Shown in pieces: positions 40,163 through 50,941 of a stretch of DNA of 64,000 nucleotides; the stretch's first letter is position 1; each line of letters begins with the position of its first letter. Source of the stretch: Centroscyllium fabricii (lineage: Eukaryota); NCBI GenBank assembly GCA_051313645.2, contig JBNRSN020000002.1:344286001-344350000 (forward strand), in the 5' to 3' direction. A model generated the notes under the pieces. That model ran no database searches, had not been told where the DNA came from, and saw only the letters and a list, made by a program, of their open reading frames with translations. A program made the translations under genes and the position numbers.

Positions 40163-41002
40163 TTTTTTTAATTCATTGATGGGATGTGGGCGTCGCTGGC
40201 TGGCTAGGCCTGCATTTAGTGCCCATCCCTAATTGCCCTTGAGAGGATGGTGGTGAGCCGCCTTCTTGAACCGCTGCAGTCCATATGGTGTAGGTACACC
40301 CACAATGTTGTTAGGAAGGGAGTTCCAGGATTTTGGCCCAGCGACAGTGAAGGAGCGGCGATACAGATCCAAGTCAGGATGGTGTGTGGCTTGGAGGGGA
40401 ACATGTCGGTGGTGCTGTTCCCATGCGTCTGCTGCCCTTGTCCTTCTAAGTGGTAGAGGTCGTGGGTTTGGAAGGTGCTGTTGAAGGAAATTTGGCGAGT
40501 TGCTGCAGTGCATCTTGTAGATGGTACACACTGCAGCCACAGTGCGCCGGTGGTGGAGGGAGTGAATGTTGAAGGTGGTGGATGGAGTGCCAATCAAGCG
40601 GCCTGCTTTATCCTGAATGGTGTCGAGCTTCTTGAGTGTTGTTGGAGCTGCACTCATCCAGGCAAGTGGAGAGTATTCCATCACACTCCTTACTTGTGCC
40701 TTGTAGATGGTGGAAAGGCTTTGGGGAGTCAGGAGGTGAGACACTCGCCACAGAATTCCCAGCCTCTGGCCTGCTCTTGTAGCCACAGTATTTATATGGC
40801 TGGTCCAGTTCAGTTTCTGATCAATGGTAACCCCCCAGGATGTTGATAGTGGGGGATTCAGCGATGATAATGCCATTGAATGTCAAGGGCAGATGGTTAG
40901 AGTCTCGCTTGTTGGAGATGGTCATTGCCTGGCACTTGTGTGGTGCGAATGTTACTTGCCACTTGTCAGCCCAAGTCTGAATGTTGTCCAGGTCTTGCTG
41001 CA
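40163..41002 (-). mobile_element. CR1/L2-group LINE 3' fragment with poly-A tail
   Basis: QQDLDNIQ.WADKWQVTF, DQKLNWTSHI, IYKAQVRSVMEYS, WNSLP; A-rich tail. Confidence 0.85.
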
Positions 41003-41169
41003 GATCTGCAAATGTTTCTACTTCAAATATTTATCCAATTGCCTTTTGAACGTTATTATTGAATTTGCTTTCACCACCCTGTTAGGCAGTGTATTCCAGG
41101 TCGTAACAATGCGCTGTGTAAAACACATTCTCCTCATCTCCCCTCTGGTGCTTTAGGTAATGTTACCCA

Positions 41170-44100
41170 TGTAGCGCTTGCAGGACCCAAGAACCACGCG
41201 GGAGCCAGAGAGACAGAAAAACACTTGTTTAATACATTACAGTAAGGAAGGAAGAGAGTGAAACATGAGGAGCGAGCTTATTTAAAAGGCCCGCTTTAGT
41301 GAACTCATCATGCCGAGGGATGGTGGTGACGTCATCACGTCACCCGATGGGCGGGGCTATGCCCCGCAGCTCTCGAGGCGGATTCGTCAGTCTTAGTGTG
41401 CCGCCACACAGCTCCCCCCCAGAATCTGTCTGAGAGGATAAAAGAGTCTATGTGTAGCGTTGTGGTGGCCGTAAGGCGCAGCTGGCATGTGTCGTGCGTT
41501 GCTCCTTGTTCTGCGGTGGAGTGTGGGCGGGTGTTGGTGCGGGAGGGCGTCCGCGTTGAGGTGGTTGGGCGGGGACTGTTGCGTCGCCCGCTATCACGTG
41601 TGCCGGTTTTAGCCGGTCTATAGAGACAGTTTCTGTTCTGTTGCCCAGCTGCAATTGGAAAGCTTTAGTTCCCGCCCGAAGCACTCTGTAGGAACCATCG
41701 TAGGTTGGTTGCAGTGGTGAGCGATGGGCGTCGTGCCGGACGAACACATACTTGCCGTTTTTAATGCCGTCCAGTACACGTGCCGCCGGCTCTCCGTGCC
41801 GGGCCACTGGTACGGGTTTGAATGCTCGTGCCGGGTTGGCAAAGTCTTTTAAGAACTGGTCGGCTGACCAGGGAGCGTTTGGCTCGGCGAGGAATTCGCC
41901 CGGCACTGTTAAAGTTTGGCCGTAGACGAGTTCTGCTGCCGAGGCGTTTAGGTCCTCTTTGACTGCCGAGCGCAGCCCGAGGAGTACCCATGGGAGACGG
42001 TCGGTCCATGACGCGTCTTTGAGGCTGGCCCGCAGGGATGCTTTCATAGAGCGGTGGAACCGTTCGCAGAGCCCGTTAGATTGTGGGTGGTATGCGGTGG
42101 TTCGATGTACGGTTACCCCGTGGTCGCAGGCGATGGCTGCCCATAGTGCTGACGTAAACTGGGGTCCTCTGTCCGACGTGATGTCGGTGGGCACGCCGAA
42201 ACGGGCGACCCAGGTGGCGATGAACGCCCTGGCCAAGTCCGTGGTGCCGGTGGCAGCGAGGGGGACTGCTTCTGGCCAGCGAGTGTTGCGGTCGACCATG
42301 GTCATGACGTCTGTGTGGCCCCGGGATGGTGGTAGTGGCCCGACGAGGTCGATGTGGACGTGGTCGAAGCGTCTGGCCGGCACTGTGAAGGTTTCCAGCG
42401 GTGCCCTGATGTGCTTGTGCACTTTGGAGCGCTGGCAGGCAATGCAGGAGTTGGTCCAGGCGCGGACGTCTTTGCGCAGGCTGCGCCACACGAAACGGGC
42501 CGAAATTAGCTTAATGGACGCGCGGGTGCCGGGGTGGGACAGGCCATGAGGGTCTCGAAGATGTGTCGCCTCCATGCGTGGGGGACGACGGGTCTGGGCT
42601 GCGGTAGGGAAACGTCGCAGCAGACGACTGTGGCAGCGGGGCCATGTGCGATTTTGGCCAGGTGTAGGCCAGGGAGGTTTGCTGCTGGGTCGAGCAGGTC
42701 TGGGTCGGCCAGCTGGTCTGCTGCCAGCTTGGCATAATCGACCGCCATTTGGGCGGCGTTAATTGCGGGGCGTGAGAGGCAGTCAGCAACCACGTTGTCG
42801 CGGCCGGAGATATGCTGAATGTCGGTAGTGAACTCCGACACAGCCGCGAGCTGGCGCTGCTGCCTGGCCGACCAGGGTTCGGCGACCTTAGCCATAGCGA
42901 AGGTGAGTGGCTTGTGGTCGACGAAGGCTGTGAAGGGACGGCCCTCGAAGAGGAAGCGAAAATGGCGCACTGCGAGGTAGAGAGCGAGGAGCTCCCTGTC
43001 GAAGGCGCTGTACTTGACCTCTGGGGGCCGAAGTTGCCGGCTGAAAAAGGCCAGGGGCTGCCAAGAGTTGCCGGTCCACTGTTCAAAGACGGCCCCGACA
43101 GCGTGGTCGGAGGTGTCAGTGGTGAGGGCCACTCTGGCGTTGGGCCTGGGGTGGGCTAGGAGGGTGGCATTGGCCAGGGCGGTTTTGGTTGCGGTGAAGG
43201 CGGTGGCGGCGTCGGCCGTCCACTCTACCGCAGTTTTGCCGGACTGCCCGCATGTGGCCTGGTATAGGGGGGCCATGAGAGCGGCTGCTCCTGGGATAAA
43301 GCGGTTATAAAAATTAACCATCCCCAGGAATTCCTGCAGCCCCTTAATGGAGTGCGGGCAGGGTAATTCCTGAACTGCCTGCACCTTGGAGGGCAGGGGT
43401 ATGGCCCCGGTTTGGGAAATGCGGTGGCCGAGGAAGTCTATGGTCTCGAGGCTGAATTTGCATTTTGAGGGGCTTAATATAAGGCCGTGTTCGACCAGGC
43501 GCTGGAACAGGGTCCTGAGGTGCAGGAGGTGTTCCTGGGGGGAGGTGCTGGCCACGAGGATGTCGTCCAAGTAGACGAAAATGAACTTCAAGTCCCGTAG
43601 GACCGAGTCCATGAGGCGCTGGAAGGCCTGGGCCGCGTTTTTAAGGCTGAAGGGCATCCTAAGGAACTCGAAGAGTCCGAAGGGGGTGATGACGGCAGTT
43701 TTGGCGATGTCCGCCGGGTGCACCGGAACCTGGTGGTAGCCACGCACCAGGTCGATCTTAGAGAAGATCGTGCAGCCTGCTAGTCTGGTGGAGAAATCCT
43801 GGATGTGGGGTACGGGGTACCTATCCGGGGTAGTGGCATTGTTTAGGTGGCGGTAGTCGCCGCAGGGGCGCCAACCCCCGCCCGGCTTGGGGGCGATGTG
43901 GAGGGGAGAGGCCCAGGGGCTGTTGGAGCGGCGGATTATGCCGAGTTGTTCCATGGTGCGGAACTCGGTGCGCGCGATCTCCAGTTTGGCCAGGTCCAGC
44001 CTGCGGGCGTGGGCATGTACAGGAGGGCCAGTGGTGGTAATAAAATGCTCTACCCCGTGTTTGGCCCGGCGGGCGGTGAACGTGGGGTTGGTAAGGGTGG

Positions 44101-45601
44101 GGAACTCTGCGAGGAGCGTGCCGTATGCGTCAGAGTTCCGGGAGCGGCATTGTGCCGCCGTGTGGGCCAGGAGTGCGGGCCCTGTGGAGCATGGGATGGT
44201 CGACATGTTATTGATGTCGACCAGGCGGCGCCGGGTCATGTCGACCAGCAGGCCGTGGGCGCAGAGAAAATCTGCCCCGAGGAGGGGTGAAGTGACCTGG
44301 GCTGTGACAAAGTCCCAGTGATACGTGTGGCCGGCGAGCTTAATAGTGAGCTTGCGGGTGCCGTACGTTTTTATATTGGAGCCGTTGGCCGCTGCGAGTG
44401 GCGGGCCCTGGGTGCCTTGTTTGGCTTCTGCTGGGGAGGCTGGCACGATGCTGTGCTGTGCGCCTGTGTCGCAGAGGAACCGGAGGCCTGTGCCGCTATC
44501 TGTGACAAAGAGCAGTGCTCCTGTGTGTCCTACAGACATAGTGGGGGCTGGTGTGGGCCGTGGCTTAAATGCGCAGGGCTGTACGCAGCGGTGCGCTTTA
44601 TTATCGAACCGCGTGTGGTAGTAGCACCAGCCGGTGCTTGATGGACGCGGTTGCCTGGGTGGGCGCGGGGCCCTGGGTTCAGGCGTTGGGTTGGACCTGG
44701 GGGGCGAGTGGTTGCGCTCAATGGATGCGGCATTAGGGTCGCACGTGGTGGAGCGGGTGCGCTCGGCCGCCATGAGCCTGTCGGCTTCCTCGGCTAGCTC
44801 GTCCCCATTCCGGTGGCAGAGGGCCGCCAGGGCCGGTCTGATGGAGCAGGGTAGTTTGAGGAGGAAAACGGTGCGGAACAGGGAGGCAGGATCTGCGGTG
44901 AGCGCTTGCATCTGACCCCAAAGGTCCGATGGGTCTGCGTCTCCAAGTTTGGGGAGGCTAAGGAGCTGACAGTCGCGCTCAAATTGGGAGGGGGTAAATC
45001 GTTTTAGCAGCGCGGCCTTAAGGAACTCATACCTGCCTGCTGTGGGCACACGCTGTAGCTTCGACCACATCCGATCGATCGTCGATTGCGGTTGGGCCGA
45101 AAAGACCAAGTTGTAGCGGTCATCCCCCTGGACGCCGTGTGTGCGGCAGCTGGTTTCGATGCACTTGAACCAGGCCGCTGGGCGCTGCTCCCAGAACTCC
45201 GGTAGTGTAAGTCTGTGTCCGAAGTTCTGGCCAAGTCCTTGGGTTCGAGAAGCTTGGTTCCTTGTAGTCATGTTTAACTTTTAAAGTGTCCTGAGGCTGC
45301 TTGGTCTTTGGTCCTGTAGCTGCTTTTTCTCCTTGGAAGTCGTTCCAAGTCGGGGTCACCAGTGTAGCGCTTGCAGGACCCAAGAACCACGCGGGAGCCA
45401 GAGAGACAGAAAAACACTTGTTTAATACATTACAGTAAGGAAGGAAGAGAGTGAAACACGAGGAGTGAGCTTATTTAAAAGGCCCGCTTTAGTGACCTCA
45501 TCACGCCGAGGGATGGTGGTGACGTCATCACGTCACCCGATGGGCGGGGCTATGCCCCGCAGCTCTCGAGGCGGATTCGTCAGTCTTAGTGTGCCGCCAC
45601 A
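41170..45601 (-). mobile_element. Gypsy LTR retrotransposon, CsRn1 clade (copy 2, nearly intact)
   Basis: 239-bp LTRs 41170-41408 and 45363-45601 (4 differences by eye), TG..CA ends, TSD CCCA, PBS TGGTGACCCCGAC (tRNA-Trp), PPT GGGGGGGAG, CHCC knuckle. Confidence 0.96.
41448..45271 (-). pseudogene. gag-pol of CsRn1 copy 2, one frameshift before the integrase HHCC
   Basis: 921-aa Gag-PR-RT(YLDD)-RH ORF; integrase continues in another frame from about 42549, where one added C restores ...ETL-HGLSHPG. Confidence 0.9.
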
Positions 45602-46791
45602 CCCATGAGAATATTGATGAGTTTTCTAACTGTCAACACATGTATGCATGTGTACACTTGTTAATCTCCCATGGTGTTGCACACCTGGAGTCAAGACCAA
45701 CTGCAGCCTTCAGGTGAAGCAGGGGTAGAAGAGGGTAATTAATTAGACCAGGGCTGATAGAAGATTGATCGAGAGCAGAAGGGGGCGTGAGGAGCAGAGA
45801 AGGTAAAGTGGGGTAGAGTCGGGCTGGATGCTCAACAACCAGCGGATCACCATGTTAAGGCAGGAGCTTGAGGCCTAGTGGGGATGGGGTATGGAGTGAC
45901 TTGAGTGGGATACCCATGCAGGCCATCTATTGTAGGGTCCCATGGGACACCTTGGCTCCAATAGTTATGGGGAGACGAGGACGGTTCAGGTGGGGCTGAA
46001 AACAACTGAAAAACCATGGCAAGGCTGAGGAGGCGGAGGTCCTGCCCAACTTAACAGCAGGATCTCACTAACATTTTTTAGCTTTGTTTCCCACCTGGCA
46101 GATGACCAAATGGACAACCTGATCGATGAGGGGGAGGTAACACCAGCGGTATGAGGCCTTAGCTAGAGACACTTGGGGGCGGTCCTCAACAATCGGGAGG
46201 AGGGAAAGAGAGGCCACAAATGAGCAGGGCAGGGGAAAGTCGGCAATCTGGTAGGCTGGGGGATGGGTGGTTAGCTGGTGATGGGGGCGTTGGGGGAGGT
46301 TGAAGGCTTCCTTGAGTGCCAGGAGCGCACTCCTTCCTCTTCTGGCCCACAAGGATTGCTGTAAAAGGCACTTACCCCGTGGAGCCAGCAGCTCCCGCCT
46401 CCCTTTCACTGCCGGATTTCCTCACCCCTGGGAAACCCGGACAGCAACTGTCAATTTTAAATCGGGCTCCCAATTGCACTCTGGGAGCCCAGTTTAAATA
46501 TGTTAATGAAGCCTCCAGGCCCTCCATGGCGGGACACGCGGACACCCCGATATCTGCCGGCAGGCATGTGCCTTCCCCATGTTTAACTCCTTAACTGATC
46601 CTCTCCTGCCCGTCATGAGAGGGTTAATAGTGAGGCTCTTGAGAGAGTTTAAGTAAAATAAGGCTGTTAGATGAGTTTGCAAAGAAAGTTGCTCCACAGT
46701 CACCCATGCCTGTATAATTGACATGTTTGCATAGGCAAAATTCATGTTAAATGTGAATATTAGGATGCATAAGGAAAAAAGTTGACACAAA

Positions 46792-47352
46792 TGGGGATTT
46801 TCGCAAAGGTGTGGGGAAATGGCGGGTTTTGGGCGGATCAGATTTCTGACACGAATGTTCAAGGGCCTGGGAGCCCCATGCAATTTTGGCTTAATTGGCC
46901 AATTAATTGCCCGTGTGTCAGAGCCCCTGCCAATTGACTGATTCCAGTCAGAAAACGGCGGCGCTGCAGCTGACAGCCGGAGGTTTGATTGACGGGGTAA
47001 GGACTGTGTGTTGTTAGTTTCTGTGGAAACAGTGCATTGTGACATCACAATGGAGTGCAACCAATCTCAAAGCCCAAGTGGGTTGAGTGACAGGTCCAAG
47101 GACTCGCTGGAAGCATTGCCATTCATCTGTCAGGTAAGTTTGTGGAAGGTTTTCTCCACAGCTGCTCTTCAGACATGGGAGTCACTTACACCTCCAGGGT
47201 GTTGAAGGCCTGGAAGGCATTCTGCTACAGGTGCTTCAATGCCTTGAAGGCGAAAGTGACCAAGCCAAATGTGATCCCGCTAGGTTTCACCGGCGGGGTT
47301 TCAGGATGGCGGGGTATGGGTGGGAAGGGCTTCAAAATCGCGAGGGGCCCTT
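46792..47352. mobile_element. Truncated copy of the 32021-32822 MITE, inverted
   Basis: Reverse-complement similarity to about 32228-32820. Confidence 0.8.
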
Positions 47353-47614
47353 CAAGGGTAAAACTCTCCATTGGTTGGAATCATACCTAGCACAAAGGAA
47401 GTTGGCTGTGGTTGTTGGCGGTCATTTATCTCAACCACAGGACATCACTGCAGGAGTTCCTCAGGGCAGTGTCCTAGGCCCAACCATCTTCAGCTGTTTC
47501 ATCAATGACCTTCCCTCCATCATAAGGTCAGAAGTGGGGATGTTCGCTGATGATTGCACACTGTTCAGCACCATTCGAGACTCGGCAGGCACTGACGCAG
47601 TCCGTGTCCATATG
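47353..47614 (+). mobile_element. LINE RT fragment, probably the same family as 40163-41002 and 62197-62334
   Basis: GVPQGSVLGPTIFSCFINDL...MFADD. Confidence 0.85.
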
Positions 47615-47916
47615 TTGTTGGAGTTTGTCCTCGTCCGTGGTAGCCTTGGCTGCTGCCACATAGGCCTTTAGTAATCCAAACCAGTGCTTGAAGGTAGCTG
47701 GTGCCGCGTCATCCTGGGGGCTAATGTCCAGCTCCCTAGGTTTTAACGTGCTGCTCTCCATTTTAAGTTTATCAATTAAAATTGTAGCGTAGTCGCTAAC
47801 TCAATTAAAAGGCGACTCGTAAGTACCGAAATACAAGGCTTTTAATTGATAAAGAATGGAGCTAGTCTCCTTACCAGTTCACATACAAGAATGAAGGGGC
47901 TGGGTCTGGCCACACC

Positions 47917-49332
47917 TTATATCGGTGTCCCCACCTGGGGAGGAGTCGAGGGTGTGGCTGACCTGGCTCCCAGCAGTACAATGGCACTTATACAATGGTA
48001 GCCATATAAGGTAATGGTAACCATATAAGGGTTACCACATTCACCCCTTCTTAAAAACTTTGAGTCCGGGGGGGGTGAATGTACGGAACAGTTCATAATC
48101 AGTCTCTCCGGTGGTCGCGTTTGTCTTGCGGACCGCCGGGGTTCCGGTGTTGGTGGTGATGCCTCCATAGTCGAATAGCCCGCCTCCGTTGGTGCTGTAA
48201 GTTCTGGACGTGGTGGGTTCTGCTGGACCTCGTCGTCTGGTGCATCGGCGGGGAAACTCGGGGCCCATCTTGTGTCTGGTGGTAGGTTGACCTGCTGGCC
48301 AGCAGGAGGCGCTGTGGCGGTGTTTCCGGCCGGGGCCAGGTCCCTGATGGACACGGTGTCCTCACGCCCGTCTGGGAACTGCACAAAGGCATAGTGCGGG
48401 TTGGCGTGTAGGAGCTGTACCTTGTCCACCAGGGGGTCCGTCTTGTGGCACCGAACGTGCCGCTTAAGGAAAACCGGCCCCGGAGTCGTCAGCCATGGTG
48501 GGAGTGCCGTCCCCGAAGTTGACTTCCTGTTGAAGGAAAAAACAAGATCGTGCGGGGTGGCATTAGTAGCAGTACATAATAATGACCTGATAGAGTGCAG
48601 CGTGTCTGGGAGGACTGCCTGCCAATGGGACACCGAAAGGCCTCTGGACTTGAGAGCCAGGGTGACCGCCTTCCAAATGATCCCATTCTCCCTTTCTACC
48701 TGGCCGTTCCCCCGGGGGTTATAACTGGTCGTCCTGCTCGTGGCAACCCCTTTCTGGAGCAGAAACTGGCGCAGTTCATCGCTCATGAACGATGACCCCC
48801 GGTCGCTATGGATGTAGCTGGGGAGACCGAAGATGGCGAACAGCGTGGTGAAGTGTTTGATCACCGTTGCGCTCATCATATCTGGGCAGGGGAAGGCGAA
48901 GGGGAAGCGGGAGAACTCATCCACTACCGTGAGGAAGTATGAGTTGCGGTCGGTGGAGGGGAGGGGGCCTTTGAAGTCCACGCTGAGACGTTCAAAGGGG
49001 CGGGTGGCCTTAATGAGGTGCGCCGTGTCTGGCCGGAAAAAGTGGGGTTTGCACTCGGCGCAGACAGGGCAATCTCGGGTCATCTCCTTGATCTCCGTGA
49101 TGGAGTAGGGGAGGCTACGTGATTTGACGAAATGGGCTAATCTGGTGACACCCGGGTGACAGAGGCGGTCGTGGAGATCCTTCAGCCGGTCTAGCTGGGC
49201 ACTGGCGCACGTTCCCATGGACAGTGCGTCCGGGGGTTCGTTGAGTTTGCCTGGTCGGTAAAGAATGTCGTACTCGTAAGTCGAGAGTTCGATCCGCCAC
49301 CGCATGATCTTATCATTCTTGATTTTACCCCG
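47917..49332 (-). pseudogene. Family A middle unit, RNase H end plus integrase
   Basis: Continues exactly from the B insertion site. Confidence 0.92.
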
Positions 49333-49615
49333 TGTGGTAACCCATATTTGGGTATCCCTTATATGGGATACCATTGTTGTATACCTGTGTGCTGATATGT
49401 TGCTGGAGCCAGGTCAGCCACACCTCTGACTCCTCCCTCCAGGTGGAGCACCATAAAGGTATGAGCTGATCCTCCATTCATTCTTTTCCTGTATGAATCT
49501 ACCGAGGAGACACCTCTATTCTTTATTAATTAAAAGCCTAGTATTAACGGTAACTACGAGTCGTCTTTTAATTAAGTCTTCGACCTCGCTACAATTTTAA
49601 TTAATAAATTTTACA

Positions 49616-50941
49616 ATGGAGACCAAAGCAGTAAACCCTCGGATACTGGACATCAGCCCCCACGATGCTGCAGCACAGGTCAACTTCAGGCTCTGGCTCA
49701 AAGTTCTGGAGAACTACATGGAAGAAGCCAGGGCTGAAACAAGTGCGCAAAAACTTAAAGTACTGCTGGCACACATCTCCGGCAGGGTTTTCTCCCTCAT
49801 CGAAGAACACACATCGTACGAAGAATCGGTGGAGACCCTCAAGGAGCACTATGTGCGCCCTACTCACAAAGTCCACGGCCGCCACCTACTAGCGACCCGA
49901 CCTCAACAAACCGGTGAGTCAGACCACGAATTTGCGCAAGCACTCCGGAGCATGATAAAAGCCTGTGGCTGTACGGGCGGACTGAACCTGAGACAGGAGG
50001 AAAACCTCCTCCTCCGGGACGCGTTCGTTACAGGACTAAAAAACCCAGTAGCCCGTCAGAAACTACTGGAACAGGACAGCCTGACCTTTGAACAGGCAGT
50101 CAATCTAGCACAAATGGTGGACGGGGCCCACGCCAAAAACCAGACGTACGGCGGGGCCGGCTATCACGCTCCAAGCATTTGGGCTGCGACCCAGCAAGAG
50201 CCACGGATTGAGAGCCCCACCATGGCTGCGTCGGCCACCACGGACTCTAAGTATAAACACTGCTATTTTTGCGGAAAAGGCTTGCACCCCAGGGCAAAGT
50301 GCCCAGCCAAGACAGAGATCTGCGCCAAATGTTCTAAGAAGGGACACTTCGCCAAGGTCTGCAAAGCAACTCAAGCGGCTACAACACCACCGAGACGATA
50401 CAACAGTGCCTGTGAGACTTCCCAGGACAAACAGGTAGGCTGCAATAGCAGTTTTTTATTACTCCGCCAATCGCCCCCCCCCATGCAGCGGAGCCCACCC
50501 AAACGCGACCCTCTTACGTGGCCGGCTGCGCCCGAATTGCGGGCACCACGCTTCAACAGCGGGAGCTACGGGCCCTGCCAGCAACGCTCCCTAAAGCAGT
50601 GCCTCCAGAGCCTCCACAACGGGTCACTGAACGGGCACCACAATGGGAATCGCGGGTTGAAACGGACTTTCGAGCGGCGGCTGTTGAAACTGACTTTCGA
50701 GCTGGGGCTGCTGAAACTGACTATAAATCGCCAGCTGCTGCACTCACAGACCCAGCACAGCGGGTTGCCCTGCGTGAATCGCGGGCTGAAACTGACTATA
50801 GAGCTCTTGCTGAAACTGACCAGCACAGATCGCGTGCTGAACTCTCTGACTATAAATCGCGAGTTGAAACTGACTATAGAGCTGTTGCTGAAACTGACTA
50901 TAGAGCTGCTGATAAAACTAAATTGTATGAATCCCAACTAA
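49616..50941 (+). CDS. Family B Gag
   Basis: Homologous to A Gag; double CCHC knuckle. Confidence 0.88.
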   Translation: METKAVNPRILDISPHDAAAQVNFRLWLKVLENYMEEARAETSAQKLKVLLAHISGRVFSLIEEHTSYEESVETLKEHYVRPTHKVHGRHLLATRPQQTGESDHEFAQALRSMIKACGCTGGLNLRQEENLLLRDAFVTGLKNPVARQKLLEQDSLTFEQAVNLAQMVDGAHAKNQTYGGAGYHAPSIWAATQQEPRIESPTMAASATTDSKYKHCYFCGKGLHPRAKCPAKTEICAKCSKKGHFAKVCKATQAATTPPRRYNSACETSQDKQVGCNSSFLLLRQSPPPMQRSPPKRDPLTWPAAPELRAPRFNSGSYGPCQQRSLKQCLQSLHNGSLNGHHNGNRGLKRTFERRLLKLTFELGLLKLTINRQLLHSQTQHSGLPCVNRGLKLTIELLLKLTSTDRVLNSLTINRELKLTIELLLKLTIELLIKLNCMNPN

